DNA of 64,000 bases from Tubiluchus corallicola (taxonomy: Eukaryota; Animalia; Priapulida): the NCBI GenBank assembly GCA_030141605.1, contig JAQGDQ010002382.1, positions 62,001-126,000 on the forward strand, read 5' to 3'. Position numbers and translations under genes: made by a program. Of this stretch, positions 11,195-42,653 are shown one piece after another. The notes under the pieces are model-generated. The model saw only the letters and a list, made by a program, of their open reading frames with translations, was not told the origin of the DNA and made no database searches. Positions within the stretch are counted from its first letter, which is position 1, and every line of letters begins with the position of its first letter.

Positions 11195-11520
11195 TGTTAC
11201 AGAGGCACCTGTGTCGGGTGTAGGGCCCTCTACACGCCCTGCTTTCACGTCAGCAGCGACTCACCCCTTTTTTGTAGGTCCAGACGTCTTGTTTGGGCCT
11301 ACACGTGGTGGAAGAAGCCAGCAGCCCTGGAATGCCAGTAAAAAAGCGTGTAGAGGTCACTAGAGCCTTGATTTGTGACACAGCTGCTCCTCGGGCGTAG
11401 TGCTGTTACTTAGCTATTTTTTGTGTGTGTATTTTGTTCCCCTATAAGTGCTGGTAATAAACTCCGTACAGTGTAATTTTTGTGTTTTATATTGTGAGAG
11501 TTAAATGACATGCTATAACA
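11195..11520 (+). mobile_element. putative solo LTR
   Basis: TGTTA...TAACA termini, GC-richer than flanks, AATAAA at about 11456; no matching TSD. Confidence 0.5.
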
Positions 11521-11604
11521 GGTATCTGGTATTAGTTCACAGATATTAGCTTAATTAATTAGCATAACATTTATAATTAAAAGTAACATTTGTAGTTAAG
11601 TACT

Positions 11605-11977
11605 CAGGGCCTCTTTCAGCTTAAGAGAGGCCCGGGAAAGTGGGGCGTGTGAGGCCCCCTCGAGGGGGAGGGCAAAGCGCCCAGAAAAATTTTGAACTGC
11701 TAGAACGCCGGAGAAGCATTTTCGAAGAGAAAACATGGAGTTACACAGTTGTTAAAGGAAAGAACAATTGAAAGAAAAACTGCTTTATTCTCAAAACCAG
11801 TCCTTAATACTTGTCAATACTGGCAAACGGCGCGCGTGCGGCAAGAGAGAGAGAGGGGGGAGCGGAGGAAGTATGTTCGCATAAAGCAAAAAAATGTTAC
11901 CTTGGCATCAGGCCCCCTGGAGGGTGAGGCCCCGGGGAATTGTCCCCACTTAACCCCCCCCCCTAAAATAGGGCCTG
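11605..11977. mobile_element. hAT-type MITE
   Basis: Termini CAGGGCC and GGGCCTG with a perfect 8-bp TSD TAAGTACT (11597-11604 and 11978-11985). Confidence 0.88.
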
Positions 11978-12387
11978 TAAGTACTCAATTACATACCGAT
12001 ACAAAATGGGTCTTCATGAACTATTTTCATCAGCATCTTGCAAGGTTAATGACTCGAAAGAAATCTAATGTTGCACAGTTATGCTTTTGCTGAATAGTTT
12101 GTCAGATTTAATTTGGATCAAGAGTTGTGTACGTATGATACAAAATGTTCAGTTAGCAAGTAAATGGTTTCCTTCAAGACTTGACAGAGAACGTTTGTAG
12201 AACTTCACCATATTTAAAACCATAAAAAATTAAATTAATATTGTTAGTGGCAACTCACAAACGATGTTCAAAAATTGGTTAAAAGTAATTTTATTCACAT
12301 CCATTATATACAGCTTTATTAAAAGTATGTTATTCATAATATTCATAATGTTATTCACAAGTAGGCTTATAGCATGCTTAAAACTGT

Positions 12388-12389
12388 TG

Positions 12390-12421
<32 letters not shown>

Positions 12422-12557
12422 TGTGTGTGTGTGCATGCGTGTGCATGCGTGAGTGCGTGCGTGTGTGTGTGTGTGCGTGCGTGCATACGTGTGTGTGTGT
12501 GTGTGTGTGTGCATGCGTGTGTGTGTGTGTGTGTGTGTGCATGTGTGTGCATGTGTG

Positions 12558-12597
<40 letters not shown>

Positions 12598-12658
12598 TGC
12601 ATGCATACGTGTGTGTGTGTGCGTGTGTGCGTACGTGTGCGTACGTATGCGTGCGTGT
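12388..12658. repeat. (GT)n/(GCGT)n microsatellite just 3' of the CYP-A stop
   Basis: Direct reading. Confidence 0.95.
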
Positions 12659-12668
12659 TTATAGTTTC

Positions 12669-23209
<10,541 letters not shown>

Positions 23210-23548
23210 GACGGTAAAATAATTTTTTATGTTAAAATATTCATACACACATACATACATACATACACACGGAAGGCGTCGACCACGTGACGCAGCTTTG
23301 TAAATACTGTACTATCTCGATTATAAGACCCTAGAAACTGCGCTAGTACCTACTGCGCATTCCTGGGTAAATGGCCTTGAGTGGCGTTTATTGATTTGGA
23401 ACTTATTTACATTAGTAAACATAATACGGACTCCTGGTTCCACAGCCAGCACGCTATACGAAATAGACAGCTCTGCTTGCCAACTGGAGTTAGGTTCGCT
23501 ACTCTGAAACTGCAATATAAAAATTCTGTTTTGTTATCAGCAATAACA
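23210..23548. promoter_or_regulatory. shared divergent promoter region of CYP-A and CYP-B
   Basis: 339 bp between the two ATGs. Overlapping CACGTG (23284-23289) and ARE-like GTGACGCAGC (23287-23296), TATAAG at 23322, and a probable CYP-B 5'UTR intron 23367-23540. Confidence 0.65.
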
Positions 23549-26265
23549 ATGTTTCCAACGTTGCTCATCGCGGCAGTTTTGCTCATTTTGTTACTATTTG
23601 TATGGCAGTGGAAGAAACGTCCCGAAGGGGCACCGCCGGGCCCTGTGGGCTGGCCCATCGTTGGTTCGATGTTCTCAATGGGAAAGGACCCAACCGCGTA
23701 TTTTGAAAAGCTCACAAAACGGTATGGCAACATTTTCGGGCTGTACATAGGACCAACTTTCAACGTGGTCATCAACGATTTTGAAACGGGTCGTGAAGCT
23801 TTTCTGAAACATGGAGATGTATTTTCTGGAAGGTTCGAAAGTTTTACAATCGGTGAAATTATGGGAGACGATGAAATGCGTGGTAAGTACTGCGATCATA
23901 TAGCATTTGTAGTTGTGTTTTTAAAGAACCGCTTTCTTAATGTCTAATTTATATATTCAAAAAGCCAAGATTTCTTTGATCTTGAACAAGTGATTTAAAA
24001 TATCAGAGACCTTTGCAAAAAAGCTTGAAAATTTTGGTATGTTAACTTATGTAGTTTATAAATCCATCCAAGTTAGCAAACGAGTATGGTGGGGAAGTTA
24101 CACAAATTCCATCCTCACAGTAGTTGCAAAACAGTTGTGTTAGCTTAATGAAGTTATCTTAATTTTACATACTATTAACAAATAATAGTCTTTCTATCTT
24201 TTATATCATCCTATATATATCAGCTTGATTCATTACAGCATTCCATTTTAAGCACTAATGTTTTTTTAATCACGATTCACTTTAAATTTTCAGATTATCT
24301 CCATTACTTTTTTTCTATCACTGTGTGGGACAATCTAACAAGCCCTGCATTTTGATTGTCCTCAACACATTTACCTTCGTATATAAGTGAACGGTGTATG
24401 AGGCTTTTCCTGTGCAGTATTTCTTATTTGTATTATGTTCATTGTAAGCTCTTTCACTAGATATTGTACATGAAACTATTGTAAATGTGTAATGTGAAAT
24501 AGATGACCTATGACTATTCGAGAATAGTACTGCAAACAATGAAGCATTGTGTAATACAGGTATGCAACTATTTGCTTCATTGGACGTGGACGCTTCAGGT
24601 AATTTTGCTAGCCGTATACCTAAAACTTAATCACTAAATTCTTTCGAAGAAAGTCAATAATTCAATATTACGACCCAATAATTCAGGGATATTGGTTGGT
24701 TGATTGATTTTGCAACATAGATTGTGAACAACATTATTGCTAGATCCTGTTATCCTGTTATGCAACTTAAACATCTAATAAGAAACTACAATCCAAAGAG
24801 ACTAAACAATAAACACTGGACAGTGAAAAGCAAGAAATTACTGTAACATTGTTTGCAAAGTTATTTCATCATGTAAGTGTGAACAGGCCCTAATGTTGCA
24901 CTTTTGGATTACAGGGCTTGTGATGTCAGAAGGAAGACGATGGAAAGAACAGAGAAAATTTGCTCTGAGTAAACTCAAAGAGTTTGGAATGGGAAAGATT
25001 AGCTTGGAGAAGAAGATAAAAGAAGAAATATCAGCCTTTCTGAACGAGCTAAAGGATAAGGAAGGCAAACCTTTCGATCCTAAACTATATCTTTCAAATA
25101 CAATTTCAAATGTCATATGTTCCATAGTATTTGGAAACCGTTACGAATACGATGACTCGGCATTTATCAAGTTAATGGACTACATTGCTCAAGATGTCCA
25201 AAATCCTGACATTACTGGGTTTATTGATGTCTTTCCGTGGCTGAGGTATCTCCCAGGATTTAGATCAAGGTGGGTCAGACGATCTTACTCATCGTGCAAA
25301 ACCTGTTGTAGCTAAATTAGGAAACAATCTCATTCATGAAGCGCTATTGGCCATTTTGAGCATTTTTTGGCATTTTTGTTTAACAATCAGTAATTTATTA
25401 CACTGAAACTACTGATTTTTTGGTGTAGTAGGCTCACATATTTCTTCTTATTCGAGTAGTTTGGTTTCATCTAAAGTTGTTCCTTTGTTCGTGAGGTGGC
25501 AGAGACTGATTGGTAATTGATTACTAGTCGATTGTCGATTGATCACCAAAAAAGCCAATCCCCGAATGGTAACACATTTGCGCAAATATTCGTTGCCAAT
25601 ACAGCTCTTCTGTGTTCTAGCGTCAACCTTAGCATTTACTCTCTTTGTTACCAGATGTCCAATTTATAGAAATCCGGTAATTGTTACAAATTTAGTTACG
25701 GTTAACTTTAGAACATTGTTAATTTTTGACATGTGTTACCAGTTATCAATTTCTTTATGCGCGTAGAGTGTCCGTTCTTACATGCTCTTACAATAAGCCA
25801 GTGATTATTAATACCATTTAATTCTTGATGTTTAAAAGTCACCCTGTTCGTTTGTGTGCCTGGCCTTGAATCCTGCCGCGGCCGCACTAGGCTAAAAATA
25901 AAACAACAATATATTTTGTGGAAATAGAGAGCTTCTTTTCAACAAAAATAGATCTCCAGACCATTAAGCCACTGGTTACTCTTTGTAGATCAAAGGCTAC
26001 TAGGTTATGGACTTTGGTCAGAATATTTACCTACATGATAGTCTATTAACGCTAAATTCAACAACATAAATATAAATAGTGTTGATTGGCGTTTAAATGT
26101 TTGGGAACATTGATTATTACGTGTATTATCTGTTACGTGTTAAAGATTGATAAACAGCGATTTTGACTCTGTTCTTTTCTTATGCATATAAGTAAAAACC
26201 GAATGCCTTCATTTCAATCAGTGGTGTTGAAAAAGTAAAAATACTTCGAGTTATTTGTTCAGTAA

Positions 26266-27045
26266 AGCTCATTTCACAGCGAGGACGCAAAGAAAAATGA
26301 CGTACGGAACTGCTGTCAGAAAATCAGAAAATATTTATGAAAATTTCCAATTTTTCTCGAAATCCCATTTACATGCAGCAAGGTAGTTCATTTCACAGTG
26401 AAATTGCGCGGTTTTTTCCGCACGCGCAGTTAACTCAACTTAACTGCAACTACTTCGCAAGTTTTATACTGTATAATCATGTTTAAATTAAGTTTTGCTT
26501 ACCGAATTTCTCATATGCAAAGTACAATTAGCAAAAGTATTTATTAATCAAAGTATTTTTACACCTGTTTGTTTTTAGTAAAGTTTTACTAATGACTTCA
26601 AAATCTAAAAATATACATGTACAGTATAACATAAATATATTCGTTATTTTTGTTTTTACGAATATAGCCATCGATGTTGCATTAAAAAAACACAAAATCG
26701 TCAGTCTGTTAAAGGAGAAATTAAATCTTAGAAATTAAATCTGCTGAAACGTGTTAATTGTTGTTCGTTAAATAAGAAACAATTAACAAAGTAGTTAAAT
26801 TAAAGACTGAATTCTACGAGAATTCTTCAAGAAAATGGAACATACAGGCAAAATTCCTTACGAGGAGGACGCATAGCTGCTAGCTGGCAGCAGAATTCCC
26901 CAAGAGGAATTGCACGAGGAATTTTGCTGCGCGTCCTCACTGTGAAAGGCGCCATAGAAAACAATGTGTTTCATTTTCGCGAGGAATTCCTCAAAGAATT
27001 TCTCCTCTAGGCATTCTGTTGCGCGTCTTCACTGTGAAATGGGCC
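26266..27045. mobile_element. PIF/Harbinger-like MITE
   Basis: TIRs AGCTCATTTCACAGCGAGGACGC and GCGTCTTCACTGTGAAATGGGCC, flanked by TAA/TCA; subterminal GAGGAATT repeats and an internal TIR copy at about 26930. Confidence 0.75.
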
Positions 27046-27336
27046 TCAGCTTTCCTAGAAATTAACTGCTTAGTCATCATTATTTCAGATACAAGAAGTT
27101 CATGGAAAATGAATTTCACATTATGGACTTTATAAAAAGCCATGTGGACGAACACACGAAAACGTACAATCCAGATGACTTTGTTTCTCTTATTTAATGA
27201 AAATCCATTGTATTAATTCCAAATCCATTCCAGTAACCTAATATTGTACTCTAACTGTAATGGTGACAAAATTTTTACATTGGCTTTTGATTATAATGTC
27301 TCTAAGCTTTTTTGAGCTGTTTTGTACCTCTCTGAG

Positions 27337-27942
27337 TAAGCAAGACAGGACGATTTTTCATATACTACCCCATTTTCAACACTGATAAAAAGTACACATT
27401 TTTAGACAATTAATACTACAAACGCATTTCTGATAATTAAATAATAGATTACAAACTTAATTAACGGCAGGCGAGCCCAACTATTCATGACATCACAAAT
27501 TAACATAATTTTCAACAACAAAAATATTCCACGAGTGTGTTGCACGTGTTTGCGAAAGCAAAAATTGAAGTACAATGCTACTGTAAAATATTCAGCAAGT
27601 TTTAAGATAAAAATTCAAATTTCAAATATACCGCTGTGATCACGTATGAGCTTTCGAAACGGTGTACGTTTGTCACAGACTAGCACATTTGAACTGAGAG
27701 GTACAGCACCCGTTTTTTGTGCAATGCGTTTCCCAAATGCAGGTGCTAATGCCCGTTTAACTAGCGAAAGGCGAAAGGCCTGTAACAGCGAAGAACTAGT
27801 GGTACGAACATGAAATTGTGTTTGTGTGGTAATAATTCTTTCACGTAAGTCATTTTTGAAAAAATAGTATGTTTCCTTTCAATATTTGAAAGAGTTGATT
27901 GTTTTGACCTACAGTTTAAGATTGGATCCTGTTTTGCTTTAA
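27337..27942. mobile_element. Kolobok-like (TTAA-AG...CT-TTAA) MITE, copy 1
   Basis: Ends TAAGCAAGACAGGA and TCCTGTTTTGCTTTAA; homologous along its length to 41762-42339 and 55814-56390. Confidence 0.8.
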
Positions 27943-29274
27943 TTTTGGTTGCAACCATGTTGACAAAGGACGAGAATCGTGCAAACGACACAGTTTAGAG
28001 TAGAAATAAGTAAACGTGGAAAAGCAATTTCAAAAAGCACTTGAAGTCAAATTTTTAATAAGTGTAATCAATTTTAATGACGTTGTAGCAGTAAAATAAG
28101 ATTTCTGACATGATCAGAAGAGAAATGAGTTAAACCCGAGTTGAGATGAGATGGCTTCTTCATTTTCAATTCTGACACTAAAGAAATGTGTTTACAAGAA
28201 AAAAATCAAACAAAATATCAGAGACTTTTAATTCAAAAGTCGAGATGCAAGGTTATTTAATCAATTATTGTTCATATAAATTCACAACTAAACCTTGAAA
28301 TATCTTAAATATGGGGCGATTTGACGTGACAGAGTTCCAGGTTAGCTCACTTCCCTTTTCTCTGCCTCTTTTAGCATGTTAAAAGGGTTCTAGCATATTA
28401 ACAACTTCGAAAAATCACTCGAAACACTTAATTATTGTGACACTAATAGATAAATTCAGTAAAATACAAATTATTGATTTTTTGCAATAATGGGTGCCAA
28501 ATCTGTTAAAATAGTAAGTATTTAACTTTTTTTCAGTTAGTGAGCTTATGTGGGTTGCAGCAGACTGTTTCTTTGCTGGAACCGAAACCACGTCATCAAC
28601 ACTTTATTGGGCGTTTATTTACTTGCTGCATTATCCCGATGTACAGAAACGCGTGCAGAAAGAAATTGATGACGTCATTGGAAAATCAAGGCTGCCATCT
28701 GTAGCCGACAAACCAAACATGCCTTTCACGGAAGCAACTTTAACTGAAATACAAAGAATGGGTAATGAAAGTGTTGGCAAAAATAAGAAATTTTTTGTTG
28801 ACCATACTGATGATTTACAAACTATATTAACATTCATTGCTACTATCATCCTAATTTTCTAATTTTTTCCATGGCACTTTTTTCCATATATATGTAGCTT
28901 ATATCATAGAACTTACAAAAAGGCTTTTAAAATGTTGTTTCGTATTTACATCCAGAGCTAAAGCAACATGATACTAGTCATTTGTGATGGCCTGCAATTT
29001 TTGGTCTTTTGAAAGTAGTATTTTCAACACATTTTCAGGAAACATTGTACCACTTGGAGTACCACATTCCACTTCAAAAGAGGTGACGTTTCAAGGCTAC
29101 AGAATACCAGCTCGTACGACTGTAATGTTGAACTTGACTGCCATCCATCAGGATCCGGTCATGTTTCCGGAACCTAATCACTTCCGTCCTGAACGCCATT
29201 TGAACGACAAAGGAGAGTTTGTAAAGAATGATGCAGTAATTCCATTTTCAGTTGGTGAGATTTATTTTACACAT

Positions 29275-29536
29275 AGAGAAAGAAGAAGAAAAAGAAAACC
29301 TTCTAATGGAGGGGGTGTGGGATAGATGGTTATAGCATCTATTTACAAAACCTCATCAGAAGGGAAGGACAGGCAGATAGACCTTTTTTTCTTTCACCAA
29401 TACATAACCAATTATCGGTTAAGTTTGAGTAAGGCTAGAAAGGTGATCAGAGTTTGCACAGGTGTTGAAACTTGGATTCGAACCAAGAACCTCTGGATTG
29501 GCTTTCAGGTGTTGTAACCACACAGACACCTGACAC
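29275..29536 (-). mobile_element. tRNA-derived SINE remnant
   Basis: Minus-strand head GGTGTCTGTGTGGTTACAACAC...GGTTCGAATCC (A-box-like and B box) without a proper acceptor stem. Confidence 0.5.
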
Positions 29537-29688
29537 AAAGTAGAGCAATGTTTTGGTTATAGACATTTTATTACTTGGAAGCAGCATACCTTTTGTTACA
29601 CATTAACACCTGGTTAGGCAATGTGATGCGTCCACCATTGCATGCCACTAACCTCCAACACATCTAGCCCATTTTTCTAAAAAAGTGT

Positions 29689-29723
<35 letters not shown>

Positions 29724-31695
29724 TCCTATTATACATATATATAATGTAAACATATATATATGTATACATTATATATATGTATGTATACATATATAATGCT
29801 CATCTGCGCTCTCGTACAAACTCACAAAGGGAATTTGAATCTTGTTAAAAGGACATAGGTATAGCCAACAAGGAAGACATTTTCTTATAGGACAGTGTTG
29901 AAGACAAATCTCCAACAAATCAAGCCAACATATCAAAAAGTGTTTTATGTCTATATAATGCTCGCCTTGGCTCTCATTCGAAAACACAAAGGGAGTTTCA
30001 ATCTTGCCAGAGGGACACGGGTATAGCCCACTAGAAAGGCATTTTTATAGGACAGGCAATCACAAATTCCTGAAAGGTAGTTAGTCATGTAACTGAACTT
30101 GATCACCGTCAGTAAAAATAATACCACAATATAGAATAGTTATTTAGTCCATTAGCAATTTAACTAAATAATGTCACAATGCTACCAAATCGTACACACT
30201 TTTAATTTTGCAGTTATGCACATGCAGCATGAACAGAAGTAAAATCAAACAGTGCTCTTCTGAGACGTCCCATTATCGTAATCATAAATAAGACAATGTG
30301 CCTTATCTCTACCTTACAGCTAACAAAGGTCCTGTGAAAAACGAAAACTTCTGTGTCTTAATGGGCCCTTTGTATTCTTTGCGATTTGAATGTGAGTCTT
30401 TGAATGTAAGTAAGACTCTGTTTATGTTTCCAAAGATCCTGAATACGTTCTACCACTTTCAGTAGTATGGAAATTATCGGCCTAAAACCGCTTGCAAATA
30501 GGCCTAATCAATGAAAGTTCTAATGCAACATGCAGGTTTGTAAAAACGGCTTTTGCAGCTTCAATAAAAACCATTAACGGTAACTGCAAAATGAAATGAA
30601 GAATCATTTTAAAATCAGTTCAAAAGAAGACAAAACGAACTTACTAGTATCAGCAGAGTATTAAGAGAAAAACATGTGCAAGTCCTATTATGGCGCACTA
30701 GAGTTTTATAAAATAGTTTTGTTTGTTTAGGTCGACGTGTCTGTCTTGGTGAAGCTTTGGCAAGAATGGAGCTGTTTTTATACTTCACGAGCATACTGCA
30801 AAACTTTGACATTCAGCTACCCCCTGGTGCTCCTAAACCGAGCTTAGAACCACATTTTGGTTTCCTAGTGTCAGCTCCCGAACCTTATAAGATTCAAATG
30901 AATGTTCGTTAATCAACATTAATAAGATAGAATATAGCTGTACGTGAATAGAGAGAAAAATTACTTTAAAAAGAGTTGTTTTTTTTTGCTAAGTGCTGTC
31001 AGAAAAGTTTTAGTGTTAAAGAATTGTAAATTTAAAAAAATATTTAAGTAACGTTTTTTTGTGATTAGGTTTAAAACAGAAATAGTTTAAGTAAACATTT
31101 TCAGCATGAGAAAGCTGGTTGCAAACTAGATTTTACATGTTGGCAGTACTTGATGGCTTAAACTTGCTTTAACGTGAAATATAGATAATTACTCGATCTA
31201 TCATCGTGAATTTTGTAATTTCTTTTGTTTACATGTGTCCAGTAGCCAATATTCAATAACTACTTGTGTGTTTTGCCTGAAAAACAAGCATCATAGAAAT
31301 TCCGTTGCCTTACATTTGGTGAGGTATCACAGATTCAGCAGAATAAGATTTGCGCGTTAACATTTTCATTTCATTTTTTTATTTGAAACCTCTTGGCACC
31401 AGTGAATTATAGTAGTTACCACTATATTACTTCAGAAGGCAGACGATAAAACACTTATAAAAATAAGGTTAGACGTTAGTAACGTCAAATCATATTTATT
31501 TGATTTTTTTCTTGTGCCATACAGATTGAAAATTTGTTTGTTTGTTGTTTTTTGTCTGTTATTTGTTTTTCGTGCATTGATTCGTTTGTTTGTGTGCTGA
31601 TTCGCTTACTTGCGTACCTGTTTATTCGTGTTTCTGCTAGTTTTCTCTCATTTTTTAAAATTATTTTCTTAATGACATTTTTATTTAGACTACAA

Positions 31696-32130
31696 CAGTG
31701 GCTGATTTAGGGGGTGTGCTCAAGGGGCCTGGGCCCTCCCTTTCACAGTAACAGTTACAACACACCAAATGAATATTTTCTCTGAATTATACGCATTACA
31801 ACGATTTCCTAAATCCTAAAGATGCCTTATATCTGTAAAACTCATGTATCACCAGAAAACAAATGTAAATGATTGTACATTCATGTATGCTGTATAATGT
31901 TTATCAATATATTGGCATGTAATCTTAAATCAAAGGTGAAATGAAACCTGTTCTAAACTAGTGAGCGTCCTTGAAGAAATGGCTTTTAGAAGGCAGAAAA
32001 GTGGTCGAAATGCAGTAAAATGTGTTGTTGTCCGGGTGGACCTCGTTGGGGAGCTTACACCGCTCCCCCAACCCCCGTAAGTGCTTTTCTGTTGGACTCA
32101 CCGTTGTTCTAAAACCTGTATCCGCCCCTA
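31696..32130. mobile_element. old MITE with CAGTGGC.GAT / ATCCGCCCCT termini
   Basis: Imperfect TIRs and internal GGGGAGCTTACACCGCTCCCC hairpin; TSD degenerate. Confidence 0.55.
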
Positions 32131-33249
32131 TATTACATAAGCGGCTATAACTAATACGGGAACAGAGAAATAGAAGCATTTGAAAACATAATTATATATC
32201 CGTTAGTTATATACATTTGTAGATCCTTTTAAACTATGTCTTGTTAATTGCTATACTACAAACGCTTGTTTTTTTTCTGTATTTAAAAATAAAATTGTCA
32301 TAAAACGGAATGTTGCAGTTGGTTACACTTATTTAATGTGAGCAGTGTGCTGTGTTGCGGGGAAAAGCAATGCATACTACTACTGTTGTTTCCAAAATAT
32401 TTAAAAGACAAGAAAAAGGGTACCTGATGTAGGTTTCAGAAAAATCGCCTTAAAAATTATACTACTTTACAGCAATTATATGTGTACATAGTGCTTGCGT
32501 TGAAAGGAATTTTTGTTTGTTTTCATTTTAAATCTTCTGCAATACTGTTCTGACGGCGCCATTACATGACGTCACTACGACACGAAAATCAGGGGAAGAA
32601 AAGGCATTGCTAAATTATTTCCAAAAAAATATTCCATGCATATCCATATTACTTACCATTTCGCTTAACTGCTGGAAAGACTTATGTAACTAGAAATAAC
32701 AATTTAAAATATTCGTGCCAATTGGTAAAATGTCGCTGAGTCACCCTTCAGGGTGCGCCACTCAGTAACCAAAATGGTATTTCTAATCTTATTGACAAGA
32801 TACAGTAATTTAAAATTTTACTTAGTTAGTAACATGTATGCTAGGATGCTCTGATTATTTTTTCAAAAATTACTCAGTGTTATCTATGCTAGGATGCTCT
32901 GATTATTTTTTCAAACTTTGCTCAGTGTTATCTAAACTTGTTTCAAACGACCTACCATCAAAATGGCTGCCCCTAATGGTCATCGCGGGAGTAAATTTAC
33001 ACACTTTATTCAGCGTTACAGCCGACGCAAACGACGATGCCGACTGCATGCAAAAAGACAGTGTGTAAATGGTATAAATTTCAAGACGAATTTTTTAAGC
33101 TTTATGTAAGTGGAGGTTTTTCTTGTGCTTTAAAAATTTACTTTTAAAATAATCTACAACCTCCTTGCATGAACGTAGTTTCTTCTTGCAAATCTCTGTC
33201 TCATTTCCATCCTAGTGACCCATCAACTTATACCGGCCAATAATTAATA

Positions 33250-33700
33250 TTACACTCGAGGGTTAGCAACCAGGAAGAGATTGTCAGAGTGCACTTAAAT
33301 GTATCCAAGGTTTTTGATTGATTTCAACATGACGGTTTTTTTTCAAATTACATGCAGCCCATTATTAGATTGGCTAAAATAAAATAATATTTAGAGAGCT
33401 GTCATCAAAGTGTTGTCATTAAGGGATCTGAATGCCTCAGAAAGGATTCACGTAGAGGCGGGAGTCTCCAAGGATAGATTCTACGCCCACTGTTGTTTTG
33501 GTGTTCATTAATGACACATCTGCAAACTTGGAGAATACTCTTCGTTGTTTACATACTTTTTTCTAACTCTCTCTCTTTTTTGTCCCCTGAAAAATATTAG
33601 CCTTGCAGTTGAAATCCTAAACTGTGACATTACTAAAATTCAAAACTTGGTATTCAAAGTGGTTAATAACAATGATGGTTCAAAAGTAGTTCAGTAAAAT
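33250..33700 (+). mobile_element. decayed LINE RT fragment
   Basis: Frameshifted SKVFD, HDG, QSVVIKG, VEAGVSKG*ILRPLLFWVFIND, matching SKAFD...GVPQGSILGPLLFLVFIND. Confidence 0.7.
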
Positions 33701-34055
33701 GCTGGAGGTATAATACTTTTTTCGTAATGCTGAAAATGAAGTAATGAATTGTATTTTCGACTATTAACACAGTGGCTTGCTCAGTGCTGTGTTATCTCCC
33801 GGAAACTCTATATCGAAGACAAAACCGACTGCAATTCTTTTAACACGTTAGTCTATTCAGGTATGTTAATTTAGTCTTTTTATTTTATTTAATTAGCTTT
33901 TATTCTGGGAAGACTTATTGCATAGTGATTGGTTTTTCTTTCTATTCAGTCGTGGTAATTTTTTATAGCTTGTTATATTTTAAATCAATGATGTTTTGCT
34001 TTTCATTTTCTTTTTTTCACTCTGGTGACCTACTGCCTTAACATTTTATCTGTAA

Positions 34056-34100
34056 TATTCATCTGATGAGGCCGTTAGGACGAAAACTCCTGAAATAAAT
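34056..34100 (+). ncRNA. degenerate minimal hammerhead ribozyme-like motif
   Basis: CTGATGA (34063)-GGCC GTTA GGAC-GAAA, with TTCA/TGAA stem I and AATAAA directly after. Stem II has a mismatch and stem III is too short. Confidence 0.45.
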
Positions 34101-34260
34101 AAGTAATCTATTGTGAGATTATAAAGTGCATTCAACGTTTTATTCAGGCTAAAGATGGCAAGCCTCATGCGCATTTTTTTCACATTTTAGATGATTTAAA
34201 AAATTTGGCGCACGTTATTCCAAAACCGGTAGCCCTTAAAACAGCGCCCTCTTGCCCACG

Positions 34261-34620
34261 TATAAAACAAGTCTAGCATGACCTTGTACTTCAGTAGTCC
34301 ACTCATAAGTGAGCTTAAAAATAGGTTTATTTCCGAATTTGCGAGTGCCGTTGCGCTCAGTTAAAGCTTGCTTGTGAGTCTTGTACATAACAGGCAGTAC
34401 TGCTTAGCAATAAACAGTCAAATCTCGATATTAGCGTTGATTACATCATTTAAATGTGTTGATTTACATCTACAAACGTTATATTGTAGACACGTGTATA
34501 AAAAACACGTCTTCAAAATTAGTGCGACGCTTTCAAATATCCCAAGCGGCCAAGGCAGTGAAATCTATTTTTAAAAAAATTGCAGTCTGTTGTGTTTAAT
34601 GCAGCAACATCGACATTAGC
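34261..34620 (+). promoter_or_regulatory. CYP-C core promoter and 5'UTR intron
   Basis: TATAAAA at 34261, Inr-like TCAGT 30 bp later (34291), donor GTGAGC at 34309, acceptor TTTAATGCAG ending at 34604. Confidence 0.6.

Positions 34621-42653
<8,033 letters not shown>

Larger units (their letters stand above)
23549..30912 (+). pseudogene. cytochrome P450, CYP2 clan (CYP-B); exon 3 disrupted, probable pseudogene or null allele
   Basis: Exons 23549-23882, 24915-25269, 27089-(broken), 28537-28761, 29039-29254 and 30731-30912. Motifs AGTETT, EIQR, PERH and FSVGRRVCLG are intact, but exon 3 reads ...TYNPDDFVSLI then TAA at 27195-27197, with no phase-1 donor. Confidence 0.8.

Noticed and set aside
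23520-23548. Trans-splice (SL) acceptor before the CYP-B and CYP-C ATGs
   Set aside because: Plausible cis donors and TATA boxes lie just upstream, and no SL RNA gene was recognised in the 5S spacer.
29459-29536. tRNA gene (also 59928-59994)
   Set aside because: Promoter boxes are present but no valid cloverleaf; treated as SINE heads.
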